A DNA stretch of 64,000 nt from an uncultured bacterium (GTDB lineage Bacteria; Babelota; Babeliae; Babelales; JABCYS01), in the NCBI GenBank assembly GCA_963705705.1, contig CAVPKK010000004.1:32741-96740 (forward strand), read 5' to 3'. The notes below the pieces were generated by a model. It searched no databases. It was given only the letters and a program-made list of their open reading frames with translations, and had not been told where the DNA came from. A program made the position numbers and the translations under genes. Of the stretch, positions 47,855 through 58,083 are shown in pieces; positions within the stretch are counted from its first letter, which is position 1; the number at the start of each line of letters is the position of its first letter.

Positions 47855-48823
47855 TTATTTCCCTTTCTCCGCGAGAGCTTTTTGCAAAGCTCTATCTGCA
47901 TAGCTCATACCCAGAACTGCTAATACAACGCGCAGGCCACGGAATTCAAGGCCATCCCGCAATGACTTGAGGCCTTGATTCTTAACCAATGCACATAAGG
48001 TTTGCCAGGTTGATGGGAATTCGCGCAGTAAATCATCTTGCATGCATTTCCTGAGTCGGGCAGCGGGATGTGTCATCACCGCTGCAGCAACACCTGCCGT
48101 TAATGTCGCCGCAAGTTTACGCGCCTGCTCATTATCAAGATACGGTTTATAAACTCTCTCGACCAATGGCGGAAGAGCTTTAAACCCAGCTACGAAGCCG
48201 GCATCTCGGAATGCGACTGGCCAGAATCCTCGGTATAAACCACGGAGACCGTTGGTTGCATACACCTCATTGAATGCTTGGCGAGTCGACAACAATACAT
48301 TGCGATTTTCATTCGCATACTGTTGACGCTGCGCCAATAGTTCCTGCGGGCAGCTTACTAATGCGCCAAGTCCTCCTGCGGCAGTTGCTGTTGCCAATCG
48401 TTGGCCATCAGTTAATGGTTGATGGTTCACAGCCATAACTGCCTGGTTCAAGCCTTCCGCACAGCCATTCTGCACAGCGGTGATTGGGGCCATACCTGCA
48501 ACCATGGTTCCGAAACTCGAATACCAAACGCGCGGACTAAGTGATAAGTTGCGCAAGCGCTGCGACCAGCTCTTGGCGACCTGACCAGCCGTTGGCTGCA
48601 TGGCATTGGAGAAATAGAAGCACGGTGTACCCGTGATTGGCTCTAGACTTCCAAGCGCAGCGCCAACGACGGTATTTCTCGCTAATGTTGCAAGCGCCGA
48701 TTTCGGCGGCGTGCTTTTGTTTTCTTCTGCATTATCCATGGCAAACATGGAGACGCAGAATGTTACGCTGACCATTAATAGGTTCAGCACCTTATTGATG
48801 TAATGCATCGCATTACCTTTCAT
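47855..48823 (-). CDS. Membrane protein, possibly mitochondrial-carrier-family-like (eukaryotic-type solute carrier); tentative
   Basis: ~320 aa, the typical mitochondrial carrier family size. Roughly three repeats with Px[E/A]xx[R]-like motifs (CPQELLAQRQQ, HPAARLRKCMQ). The signature is degenerate. Confidence 0.35.
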   Translation of the reverse strand: MKGNAMHYINKVLNLLMVSVTFCVSMFAMDNAEENKSTPPKSALATLARNTVVGAALGSLEPITGTPCFYFSNAMQPTAGQVAKSWSQRLRNLSLSPRVWYSSFGTMVAGMAPITAVQNGCAEGLNQAVMAVNHQPLTDGQRLATATAAGGLGALVSCPQELLAQRQQYANENRNVLLSTRQAFNEVYATNGLRGLYRGFWPVAFRDAGFVAGFKALPPLVERVYKPYLDNEQARKLAATLTAGVAAAVMTHPAARLRKCMQDDLLREFPSTWQTLCALVKNQGLKSLRDGLEFRGLRVVLAVLGMSYADRALQKALAEKGK

Positions 48824-48944
48824 TAAAATGGGTTAAAAAAATAATTACGCAACTGCGCAATTACCTCTTGAAGAAAAGACGCAATCATGCCCTGCAGTGC
48901 AAAATTGGCGCTATGTGTCCAATAGATTTTTTGAGATGGTCGTT

Positions 48945-49085
48945 GATTTACTCGTCCTGCGAAGTCTCAACCTTAGCTCATATTCGCGCTTTGATTCTTC
49001 GATAAACTCAGAATGAGCGCGTTCAAGTCAATCCGGACTAGCAGCGTCGTCGGAAGTGTTTTGCGCAGCAAAACGTATCAAGGAA
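48945..49085. repeat. Composite palindromic repeat element (inverse-orientation homolog of 4486-4709)
   Basis: 48986-49021 is the reverse complement of the core CGCGCTCATTCTGAGTTTATCGAAGAATCAAAGCGC. Followed by the GTCGGAAGTG-TTTTGCGCAGCAAAA-CGTATCAAGG module. Confidence 0.65.
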
Positions 49086-49415
49086 TATGAGCAACAATAG
49101 TCAGTCAACGACCGATCTAATTTTTGAAATCGAAAATGTTGGGTTAAAAAAGAATGTATTGGGCGCTTACGCCACAATAAATCGAATGAGGTTTGAAATC
49201 AGCAGAATGCTGAGGAAGAAAGAGAAAGAAGAAATAGTAGAAAAATGAGAATATGAATGTGACGGCCGACTGGTCTGTCGCGGAGTCGTCATGATCGTTC
49301 CTTTTGGTTAAAATGATACATATAATACCCAATACCCTACCAGCTCTTCTTATAAGATCAACCGGTAGGTTTCGGTTGCATCCATCAAATCTCGAAAATA
49401 AAAGAGTTAAGCCCT

Positions 49416-49664
49416 ATGGACACATTAAAGCCATTCTCAGAAAAAGCGCGAAACCTCAAACTCGGTATGTATGAGCATTATAGTGGCAAACGGTACACCG
49501 TCATTTCTGTTGCACGGCATAGTGAATCATTGGAAGAGCACGTAGTATACCAAGCACATTATGGCGATCGCGATGTCTGGGTTCGACCATTCAGCATGTT
49601 TTGTGAGCAGGTAGAAATAAACAAATTAATGGTTCCTCGGTTCCGCCACATTGAAGACGTTTAG
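49416..49664 (+). CDS. DUF1653 family protein
   Basis: YEHYSGKRYTVISVARHSESLEEHVVYQAHYGDRDVWVRPFSMF matches the conserved DUF1653 pattern. Confidence 0.6.
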   Translation: MDTLKPFSEKARNLKLGMYEHYSGKRYTVISVARHSESLEEHVVYQAHYGDRDVWVRPFSMFCEQVEINKLMVPRFRHIEDV

Positions 49665-49773
49665 CGGCACTGAACGGCAATAGGCCATAAAGGCTCCTGC
49701 CTTTTGACAATAGGCAATAGGATCCTTAGGTTTAAGTTTCTTATTCTTTTTTTAAAACACCTTAGGAGAACCT

Positions 49774-50466
49774 ATGAACCTATCATTTAAAAGCCTTAGT
49801 CTTCTTTTGACCTTGGCTAGCCTTCCCCTATTGGCTACTTCATCAATCGGTGAAAATAAGCAAAATAGCGGATTATCCGATTTGCCTTTCATGAAGTCAG
49901 TAAATTTCTGCCTCCTAGCTTGTACTGATGCGCCCGTGGATATGGTCACCGAGTTTACGAATAAGCTCATCGCATTTCGACAGGCTGAGACCAAAATTCC
50001 TGCTATGAAAGATCAGAAAAAAGCGCGACGCGATTTTACAAAAACGGTTGAATATACCTTATTCAAAGATAAAGCTCAGTTTAATCTCGCTTATCAAGAA
50101 ATTGTTAAAGCAACAAACGAGAGAACCGCCAACCCAATGAAGGATTTGTTGCGCGATTCCAGAATTACTTTTAAGCCAGAAGCTAAGAAAGTAATAACGG
50201 TTAAGGCCGATGGCACTATTAGAAGATCATTAGCATATGATTTAATTAAGAAAGCTGCCATGGAATATTTCAAACAGCGTGAACTTGTCGGCAAAGATCC
50301 AAATTTTAAGGCATGGGACGATGCAAGGGTTACCCTAGAAATATCAATGAAGAAGTTTTTGAAAGCACAATTTGAAGATTTAGCAGAACTCAACGCATTC
50401 TACACCAAGAAGTCCGAGAATCTTAAAGCATTTCTTATTGGCCAGCTGAATGGTCCAAACGAATAA
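49774..50466 (+). CDS. Secreted hypothetical protein
   Basis: Signal peptide MNLSFKSLSLLLTLASLPLLATS. AGGAGA RBS. Confidence 0.5.
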   Translation: MNLSFKSLSLLLTLASLPLLATSSIGENKQNSGLSDLPFMKSVNFCLLACTDAPVDMVTEFTNKLIAFRQAETKIPAMKDQKKARRDFTKTVEYTLFKDKAQFNLAYQEIVKATNERTANPMKDLLRDSRITFKPEAKKVITVKADGTIRRSLAYDLIKKAAMEYFKQRELVGKDPNFKAWDDARVTLEISMKKFLKAQFEDLAELNAFYTKKSENLKAFLIGQLNGPNE

Positions 50467-50528
50467 CCGTTAGACTCAAATGATTATGATTAACTAAATT
50501 GCCATCTTACATACAGACGTTTAATATT

Positions 50529-50565
50529 CCTCTCATGGATTTTATGCCATGGGAGGATTTTTTTA
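50529..50565 (+). terminator. Rho-independent terminator
   Basis: CCTCTCATGG...CCATGGGAGG followed by ATTTTTTTAT. Confidence 0.6.
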
Positions 50566-50713
50566 TGTTGCACAGGCCAAGCTTGGGAAAATTATTTCCA
50601 TTATTTTGGTTTAGTCGCAGCCCATGGGCGCGGACTCTAATCCCACATTGCAGCCTTTTCATTTAGCTACTATGATGCTTAGCCCCCTCAGCGGAATATC
50701 AAGGATCATAAAA

Positions 50714-51958
50714 ATGTTAATCAATCTTTCATTTCTAAAAACACACCGCGATTACCGATACCTATTCCTGGGCCAAGCGATTTCGGCCGTAGGCAGTATG
50801 ATGACCTATATCGCCCTGCCGTATCAGATGTATGAACTCACAAAGTCATCATTTTCCGTTGGCATGATCAGCATCGCGGAACTTTGCCCACTGCTCATTA
50901 CAGCATTTTTAGGCGGGGCATACGCCGATCGGCTTGATCGCAGAAAGTTATTACTACGCTCAGAGTTTGCACTTGCCGCTGCAACTGCATTACTTGCGTG
51001 GTATACCTGGTATACCACCCCGAGCCAATGGGTGCTTTATATTGCGGCGGCTGTCATATCGGCCATTAACGGATTTCATCGGCCGGCACTGGAAGCGTTG
51101 ACGCAACAATTAGGACGACCTGAAGATTTTGCGGATATTAGCGCATTGAATTCTCTGAAAAGCATTTTAGGATCAGTAGGTGGACCATCACTCGCCGGTT
51201 TTTGCATTGCGGTTTTTGGATTACCAGTGGCTTACCTCATTGATGCGGCAAGTTTCGCATTGAGCCTACTGGCCATCATGCAAATAAAACAAATCACATT
51301 CGTGAGATCTGAAGCGCCCGTTGATTCGCCACTTACCGACATAAAGGAAGGGATACACTATGCCTGGCAGCGGCAGGAACTGATTGGATCATATGCCGTC
51401 GATTTCTGCGCCATGATCTTTGGCATGCCAACCGCATTATTCCCGGCAGTTGCTGCTTCATTTGCCGATTCTTCAATAACTAGCGCACAGGCTGTTGGAT
51501 ATTTATATTCAGCGCCGGCGGCGGGCGCATTGATTGCCACCATATTTAGTGGCTGGACACATCGGATACGATCATTTGGCAAGGCAATATCATTATCTGC
51601 ACTAATTTGGGGCATCGGGATTATTGGCTTCGGCTTTGCCACTAATTTTTGGCTGGCAGTTGCATTTCTCATGCTTGCTGGAGCGGCTGATGCCAAGAGC
51701 GGAATTTTCCGGATGACACTTTGGAATATGACTATACCTAAACATCTGCGCGGCCGTTTGGCTGGCATTGAAATGATTAGTTATATGAGTGGTCCTATGC
51801 TTGGTAACGCCGAATCTGGTTTGGTGGCTGCTGCATTCGGCACCAGCTTTTCAATTATTTCTGGCGGTTTTATGTGTGTCTTGAGTGTTGGCCTGTGCGC
51901 ACTCGCCCTGCCAAAGTATTGGCAATTTAGGTGGACGGGTTCAATCGAGCAGAGTTAG
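50714..51958 (+). CDS. MFS transporter
   Basis: 12 TM helices. MFS motif region GGAYADRLDRRK. Start chosen at the Met with an AAGGA RBS. Confidence 0.75.
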   Translation: MLINLSFLKTHRDYRYLFLGQAISAVGSMMTYIALPYQMYELTKSSFSVGMISIAELCPLLITAFLGGAYADRLDRRKLLLRSEFALAAATALLAWYTWYTTPSQWVLYIAAAVISAINGFHRPALEALTQQLGRPEDFADISALNSLKSILGSVGGPSLAGFCIAVFGLPVAYLIDAASFALSLLAIMQIKQITFVRSEAPVDSPLTDIKEGIHYAWQRQELIGSYAVDFCAMIFGMPTALFPAVAASFADSSITSAQAVGYLYSAPAAGALIATIFSGWTHRIRSFGKAISLSALIWGIGIIGFGFATNFWLAVAFLMLAGAADAKSGIFRMTLWNMTIPKHLRGRLAGIEMISYMSGPMLGNAESGLVAAAFGTSFSIISGGFMCVLSVGLCALALPKYWQFRWTGSIEQS

Positions 51959-51978
51959 ATTATTTTTGAGATAAATTA

Positions 51979-52413
51979 ATGAACTGTTTTACCATCGCAC
52001 TCGCTTCGCAAACTGCTTTCGTCATCTGGTTTCTCATCACCCATTTCATTTCGCTGCCGCCTTTGAATGATCTTTCCAAAGAAGCATTTGCTGGTGAGCA
52101 TAGAGTTAACTTTTTCTTACTTTGCTTGTGGGCTCTGGGAGTATACGGATTCTATAGCCGAGTACCATGGCATATGTGGGTTGCGGCAATCTTCTGCTGG
52201 ACCATAACTATGATAGGCCATATCATGTCGTGGTGGCTTCCTTATTTTTTCGGTTGGCCTGCAGTCTTTCTCGAGGATGCCGTCGAAGATAATAAACGCA
52301 CCTATCATTTCTTACCTGCCCGCGGGAATCACCCTATTCCAGATCTCAATCACTGCATCATTGGCATATTGCTCACCACAGCCTTTATCTCAACCTGGTG
52401 CACGTTGCTATAA
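51979..52413 (+). CDS. Hypothetical membrane protein (4 TM)
   Basis: Hydrophobic 144-aa ORF. Confidence 0.4.
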   Translation: MNCFTIALASQTAFVIWFLITHFISLPPLNDLSKEAFAGEHRVNFFLLCLWALGVYGFYSRVPWHMWVAAIFCWTITMIGHIMSWWLPYFFGWPAVFLEDAVEDNKRTYHFLPARGNHPIPDLNHCIIGILLTTAFISTWCTLL

Positions 52414-52438
52414 AAATAAGATACGAAAGTCATTTAAC

Positions 52439-53323
52439 ATGCATCTTAATCTCGATATTGATTCAACGATTTCAGTTACCATTCGCGATAAGGAATATCC
52501 GGTTGCAGTTGCAGGAAATGGTATTCCATGTCTAAGTATCGGACAAGGAACATTTGGTCAGCTCACGCTATCAAAACATTTTAAGCACTATTTTAAGATC
52601 TATTCTTCAAATTTATATTTCGATAAGGAATATGCTTTAGATAACCCTTCGACCCTAACCATGGATCGAATGATTGACGATATTAAAGAGCTTGGAGATC
52701 AGCTTGGGCTAACACAATATGTGCTCTTCGGCTTTTCGGCTTTTGGCATCATCACGCTGGAATTTGCTAAGAAATATCCCGATCTTGTTGCCGGCATTAT
52801 CATGGTAGGAACCCCGCCAAATTCCAATCAATACGTAGCTGCTCGCAATAATGCCTATTTTGAATCCCATGCAGAACCAGAACGCAAGGCATTATATGCC
52901 TATCGGCGGGCAGAGGTCGCCAAAGAAGATCTCAGCAAGCTTGATTACTCAGCCAAAATTTTACGAACCTATGTATATCGCGATGCGCCGTTATATTGGC
53001 ATAATCCAGATTTTGATTGCTCAGAAATTTGGCACCATATCCAGTTGGATGAAGCGACGAACATCCATCTGTTTACGGATGTTCTTCCGAAGATAGATGT
53101 CATGAAAGGCCTCGAAAAGATACAATGCCCGATATTTCTTGCAGCTGGCCTGAGTGATTATAATTGTTGCCCGTTCATATGGAAGGAAGTAAAGAATCTC
53201 CCCCCACATATGACGATTGTTGAATTTAATAAGAGTGGGCATTGGCCGATGTACGAAGAGCCGGCAGAATTTGATAAAGCTATAATCAACTGGATGAAAG
53301 ATAATCCAAAGGCAAACATATGA
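52439..53323 (+). CDS. Alpha/beta hydrolase (proline iminopeptidase-like)
   Basis: Nucleophile elbow GFSAFG. C-terminal GHWPMYEEP. Confidence 0.65.
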   Translation: MHLNLDIDSTISVTIRDKEYPVAVAGNGIPCLSIGQGTFGQLTLSKHFKHYFKIYSSNLYFDKEYALDNPSTLTMDRMIDDIKELGDQLGLTQYVLFGFSAFGIITLEFAKKYPDLVAGIIMVGTPPNSNQYVAARNNAYFESHAEPERKALYAYRRAEVAKEDLSKLDYSAKILRTYVYRDAPLYWHNPDFDCSEIWHHIQLDEATNIHLFTDVLPKIDVMKGLEKIQCPIFLAAGLSDYNCCPFIWKEVKNLPPHMTIVEFNKSGHWPMYEEPAEFDKAIINWMKDNPKANI

Positions 53324-53673
53324 ATCAACAAACCGCGCCAAATCTAATTTCATGGCAAGACTTTGAAAAAGTAGACATTCGCATCGGCACTATTGTACGA
53401 GCTGAAGATTTTCCCGAGGCACGCAAACCAGCCTTCAAACTCTGGATTGATTTGGGAGATCTGGGCATTAAACCATCTAGCGCACAGATCACGGCGCATT
53501 ACACCAAAGATAATTTAGTCGGCAAACAGGTTATCTGCGTTTGCAATTTTCCACCCAAGCAGATCGGCCCATTTACCTCAGAAGTTTTGACCACCGGCTT
53601 CCCAGATAAAGATGGTGCGGTAGTTCTTGCAACGGCAACACAAGTAGTACCGAACGGAAGCAGATTGTTTTAA
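53320..53673 (+). CDS. tRNA-binding domain protein (CsaA/YgjH-like)
   Basis: [32 protein letters not shown]... matches the EMAP/Trbp111 OB fold. Confidence 0.75.
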   Translation: MNQQTAPNLISWQDFEKVDIRIGTIVRAEDFPEARKPAFKLWIDLGDLGIKPSSAQITAHYTKDNLVGKQVICVCNFPPKQIGPFTSEVLTTGFPDKDGAVVLATATQVVPNGSRLF

Positions 53674-53685
53674 GCCAGGATATTG

Positions 53686-54522
53686 ATGAAGAAACAACTA
53701 TTAATTTTATGGGTCGGCATTATGAGCGCTACAATCACAAAAGCTAAATTATCGCCATTGCTACATGAAAACCCTTTCGCTTACAATCTTGGCGTGAAAA
53801 TAATCCCGAGCAAGAAAGATAGTGCCGGCGTCATGATCTGTTGCCATGGCTACGGGCATAGTAATGATCTGGTGAATTCACTCCACTCATATCCAATTTC
53901 GGACCATTTAGTTGGATTCAACTTTCCCGACTACGGCATTACCAGTGCAATTGATCACACCAAAAGTAAATTTGGAACCATCGATGAGCTATTACCGTTG
54001 CTCTATATGCTCAAGCGATGCGTGATTGATTTGAAACTTTCTGCCATAAAGCTGTACGGCTTTTCAGCCGGTGGCGGCGCGGTCGTTAATGCATTAGCGG
54101 TGTTAAATGAATCAACGTACGATAAACAGTTGCATAGTATTGGTATTTCTCCTACTGCTAAGAAAGCAATTTTAGGAGCGATAGGAAAGGGTCTAGTAAT
54201 TCTTGATTGCCCGCTTAAATCGGTCGAAGAAATAATCACCTTGCGCGGGCTGAGCAAAGGATTTGCTGCGCTGGCATCAAGCTACAAACGCAATAATATG
54301 CGGCCAATAGATTCCGCAGCGAGGATTGCCGGTGAATCGCTGAATATCCTTTTGTATTTCGAACAGCCCGACGACATTTTAGGCAACCAGGATGATCAAT
54401 TATTCATTGATCGTTTAACCAAAGCAAACAAAGGGAAAACCACGGTTGTTCTTGGCTCTGATGGCGGGCATAATGGCTATCATGCAGCCTTATGGCAGGC
54501 ATACACAAAACGTCGAAAGTAA
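53686..54522 (+). CDS. Secreted alpha/beta hydrolase (esterase/lipase-like)
   Basis: Signal peptide. GFSAGG nucleophile elbow. Confidence 0.55.
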   Translation: MKKQLLILWVGIMSATITKAKLSPLLHENPFAYNLGVKIIPSKKDSAGVMICCHGYGHSNDLVNSLHSYPISDHLVGFNFPDYGITSAIDHTKSKFGTIDELLPLLYMLKRCVIDLKLSAIKLYGFSAGGGAVVNALAVLNESTYDKQLHSIGISPTAKKAILGAIGKGLVILDCPLKSVEEIITLRGLSKGFAALASSYKRNNMRPIDSAARIAGESLNILLYFEQPDDILGNQDDQLFIDRLTKANKGKTTVVLGSDGGHNGYHAALWQAYTKRRK

Positions 54523-54549
54523 TACATCACATGAAAAAGATTATCCAAT

Positions 54550-54978
54550 ATGATCAACTGTAACGGCAATAATTGCAATGGCACAAAAAGGCCACGCATT
54601 GGCATTGGCATCATGGTTGTAAAAGATAATAAGATTTTGATGGGAAAGAGAAAAAGCAGTCATGGCGCAGGATCCTGGGCGCCACCTGGCGGGCACCTAG
54701 AATTTGGCGAAACACCAGAAGCTTGTGCTGCACGAGAATTGTTGGAAGAAACGGGAATACGGGCAATATCGTTACGTCCAGGCCCTTGGGTGAATACCAT
54801 CATGGAACACGACAAACACTATGTGACGATTTATGTAATAGTCGACCAATTTGTTGGTGAGCCACAGCTTATGGAACCAGACAAATGTGAAGGATGGGAT
54901 TGGTTTGCAATGAACCAATTACCATCACCGATTTTTATGCCAATGCAAAGTTTGATTGCCAAGGGTTGGCAAAACTAA
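54550..54978 (+). CDS. NUDIX hydrolase (MutT-like)
   Basis: Nudix box GGHLEFGETPEACAARELLEETGI. Confidence 0.75.
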   Translation: MINCNGNNCNGTKRPRIGIGIMVVKDNKILMGKRKSSHGAGSWAPPGGHLEFGETPEACAARELLEETGIRAISLRPGPWVNTIMEHDKHYVTIYVIVDQFVGEPQLMEPDKCEGWDWFAMNQLPSPIFMPMQSLIAKGWQN

Positions 54979-55004
54979 TCTAAATTAAGTTGAAGAGGCT
55001 CATC

Positions 55005-55724
55005 ATGATGGAATACATCAATTTACTTGCGCTACCATTCGTAGCCATCGATTTGACGCATACAATCAAACCAATAATACCGACTTGGGATGGCTCGTGC
55101 GGTTTCTCAATGGTAAAGAAAGTTGATTACGATCAATGTAGCGGAGTAGATAAATTTCGCGTACAGCAATTTTCTATGGCTGCCGGCATCGGTACACATA
55201 TGGATGCGCCTGCACATTGTATTGAGGGCTCTCCAACAATTGATATGCTGAATCTTGGCCAATTAATTGTACCGTGCGTGGTAATTGATGTTTCTGCCCA
55301 AGCCGATGCTCAGTTCAGTTTGAACACAGCGAACATTATGGCCTTTGAACAACAATATGGCCCTATTAAATCCGGCTCATTTGTAATTATATATACCGGC
55401 TGGGATCAGTATTGGAATGACCCAGCTCGCTACCGTAACAATCTCGTTTTCCCCAGCATTTCGCCCGAAGCCGCAAATTTATTATTGCAGCGAAATATTT
55501 TAGGTATTGGCATTGATACCTTATCTCCCGACCGGCCGGATAATGGCTTTCCAGTCCATCGCATCATTTTGGGAGCCGGCAAATATATTGTTGAAAATAT
55601 AGCGCATGCAAAGCAATTGCCTGCCACCGGAAGCACAGTTGTTATTTTACCGATTAAGGTTGATGGAGCTACTGAGTGCCCGGTAAGAATGGTTGGCCTC
55701 ATACCAAAAGATCTTGCACAATGA
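55005..55724 (+). CDS. Cyclase-family protein (kynurenine formamidase/KynB-like)
   Basis: GIGTHMDAPAHC motif (HxGTHxDAPxH). Confidence 0.65.
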   Translation: MMEYINLLALPFVAIDLTHTIKPIIPTWDGSCGFSMVKKVDYDQCSGVDKFRVQQFSMAAGIGTHMDAPAHCIEGSPTIDMLNLGQLIVPCVVIDVSAQADAQFSLNTANIMAFEQQYGPIKSGSFVIIYTGWDQYWNDPARYRNNLVFPSISPEAANLLLQRNILGIGIDTLSPDRPDNGFPVHRIILGAGKYIVENIAHAKQLPATGSTVVILPIKVDGATECPVRMVGLIPKDLAQ

Positions 55725-56227
55725 AGATAACCATCAGACAAGCACGCCTTGAAGATGCATCACATCTTGCACAGGCTGAACGAGAAATTGCTCAAAGGCC
55801 GGGCATGCTGGTATCGAAACCGAATGAACTAACTGATGCCCAGTTTCAAGCAACCATTGAAAAACTTTCGCAGCGCAATGATGGCCAATATTTGGTAGCT
55901 GAAGAGAATGGCAACATTGTCGGCCACGCTGTTTTAGTTCCTCTACATCTCGCAGCAATTAGCCATGTTGCAAATCTAACCTTGGTCGTTAATGAAGGCT
56001 GGCAAGGGAAAGGTATTGGCACTTTGTTATTACAGCATTTAATTGATTGGGCAAAATCATCGTCGACTATTGAAAAGATTGAACTATCTGTTCGGGCGTC
56101 CAATGCACGCGCAATTGGCCTTTATAAAAAAATGGGATTTGTCGAAGAAGGCCGCCTCAAGAATAGAATCAAGATTGGCGCTCGTGAATATATCGATGAT
56201 GTTTTGATGGCTTTCTTCGTTAAATAA
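55721..56227 (+). CDS. GNAT family N-acetyltransferase
   Basis: QGKGIGTLLL acetyl-CoA loop. Start overlaps the upstream stop. Confidence 0.7.
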   Translation: MKITIRQARLEDASHLAQAEREIAQRPGMLVSKPNELTDAQFQATIEKLSQRNDGQYLVAEENGNIVGHAVLVPLHLAAISHVANLTLVVNEGWQGKGIGTLLLQHLIDWAKSSSTIEKIELSVRASNARAIGLYKKMGFVEEGRLKNRIKIGAREYIDDVLMAFFVK

Positions 56228-56242
56228 GAATGTGCTAGCAAA

Positions 56243-56280
56243 CAAAAAGGCCGACTCAAATTGAGCCGGCCTTTTTGTTT
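56243..56280. terminator. Bidirectional terminator between convergent genes
   Basis: AAAAAGGCCGACTCAAATTGAGCCGGCCTTTTT. Confidence 0.75.
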
Positions 56281-56299
56281 GATTAACTAATCTTAACGT

Positions 56300-57922
56300 T
56301 TATTGGAAGCTATATTGCATATTAAGTATTGTACGATAGTTAGCAACGAACTTAGCGTTCTTTACGCGAGCATGATCATCCAAGCTACCGTAAGCCATAC
56401 CAGTAAATTCGAATTCTAGACCCACTGAGAAATCGCTCATATTAAAGACAACTCGTGGTGCTACGCGAACTTGATAGTCAGCATTCATAATGTAACCATA
56501 AACGATCGGTTGGCCACAAGAATCAAATGCGCAGATTTTCTTTGTAGTACCAAGGGTTTTTGTGAAACCAGCAAAAATACCTGGGACAATATTGCGTTTT
56601 GAAGAAGCAAGATCAAACCATCCTGATACCGCTTGTGTTGGCGCATACTCTCTGTGATCGGTTAGCGGGTCGATGCTTGTTACTGCATAACCAGTCATAC
56701 CGTATGCTTCTGCTAAATTTTGGGTGTATAAAAATTGTGTGCGCAAGGTAACTGAATCCCACTCTCTAAAACCAAATATTGTGGCACTCACTGAATCAAC
56801 ATGCTCTTTTTCTTTGCGGCAATTAGGTTGCAGACATCTCGTGGAAGAAAAATTACAATCGGTTGCAATGCTACAGTCGTTAGTGGAAATATTGCAATTA
56901 CTCCTAGTAATATTGCAATTATTGCTAGAAACATCGCAATTATTGCTGGAGATATCACAACCGCTAAGTTCGCCAGATGTAGGACAAGAACCCTCAAAGC
57001 AAACATTACATGGATTGCATCCGGTATTACACGGAAGGATGGCTTGGCAACATTCGCCACCTGAAATTGAAGATGTTGCAGTGCAACATTTTAGACCACC
57101 GGTATCAGCCATATCTTTACAGCAGGCAAGGCATGCTGCATTGCAACTGCCATTAGCAACGCGTGGGACAAGGCGCTTATAGTCAACGCCAGCACCAAAC
57201 AATGCTACATCCTGGCCGTCTTTTTTGCGCTCGTAATCTAATTGGAAGTATAAGTTTGGAACGATGGCATTACGAATGTATTGTGTCGTTGTGCCTTGAG
57301 GACCATTACTTGCGTGTAACTGACCTTGGCTCAATGCAGCAACCATGAGTCCAAATTTGCTTTCGCAATGACCTGCAGTGAATTTATAACGAAGTTGTGG
57401 CTGAGATAGGAAGATAGCAACTGGAGCACCAAAGCCAACACCAATTACTTGTGGTTGGGTAAGGCCTGGTTGAATAGGGTGTGCATCATAACCAAAAAGG
57501 ATGTGATGATAATCGTCAATCACATCATCAAGCTTAACATACGCCGAATCAAGTTGTGCTTGACCCATACCACCTGCGCATGGCATTGCGCCAACAAAGT
57601 TAAACGCAATATTTGCGGTAGGTTGGAACCCACGGAAAGTAGTACCGGTAACGTTTACTTCTAAGAACGAACTCCACGTGTTCAAACTGAACATTACCTT
57701 CGCATTCATGTCTCTGCCTTCGGAATCGTAACACTTTTCCGCAGGCGCTGTCATGATTAGGTTATCAAACAAACCGGCAACTTGTCGGGAATCTAAGAAC
57801 GGTTGGAATTGTACGGAACCACTCCAATCAATATCTGCTGCTACAATAGCTGCTGGAGCTAAGAGAAAAGCCAGAACAACTTTTGTTTTTCCATTACGAC
57901 TGAACATTCTTTGTTCCTTCAC
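56300..57922 (-). CDS. Cys-rich outer-membrane beta-barrel protein (MOMP-like) with internal SSNNC(D/N) mini-repeats
   Basis: Signal peptide. Alternating amphipathic beta strands. A ~110-aa surface insert with >30 Cys and repeats CDISSNNCDVSSNNCNITRSNCNISTNDC. Aromatic-rich C-terminal strand. Confidence 0.55.
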   Translation of the reverse strand: MKEQRMFSRNGKTKVVLAFLLAPAAIVAADIDWSGSVQFQPFLDSRQVAGLFDNLIMTAPAEKCYDSEGRDMNAKVMFSLNTWSSFLEVNVTGTTFRGFQPTANIAFNFVGAMPCAGGMGQAQLDSAYVKLDDVIDDYHHILFGYDAHPIQPGLTQPQVIGVGFGAPVAIFLSQPQLRYKFTAGHCESKFGLMVAALSQGQLHASNGPQGTTTQYIRNAIVPNLYFQLDYERKKDGQDVALFGAGVDYKRLVPRVANGSCNAACLACCKDMADTGGLKCCTATSSISGGECCQAILPCNTGCNPCNVCFEGSCPTSGELSGCDISSNNCDVSSNNCNITRSNCNISTNDCSIATDCNFSSTRCLQPNCRKEKEHVDSVSATIFGFREWDSVTLRTQFLYTQNLAEAYGMTGYAVTSIDPLTDHREYAPTQAVSGWFDLASSKRNIVPGIFAGFTKTLGTTKKICAFDSCGQPIVYGYIMNADYQVRVAPRVVFNMSDFSVGLEFEFTGMAYGSLDDHARVKNAKFVANYRTILNMQYSFQ

Positions 57923-58083
57923 TACGATGGGTTAACCGATGCAGGATGTGCATGACACACTCATGACTATCTGCAACAATGCGTGACACAATATCAACGA
58001 ATTCGCAAAAGTAAAGGATTATAGTTTTTGTGATATTCTGATGAAGTGAAAACAATAGTCTGTAAAGCCATGAGGAATTTCTG

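Noticed and set aside
51358-51768. Antisense ORFs within the MFS transporter gene (51358-51768), the MOMP-like gene (56724-57182) and the ABC ATPase gene (59099-59470)
   Set aside because: All are embedded antisense in genes with strong family motifs. No independent support.
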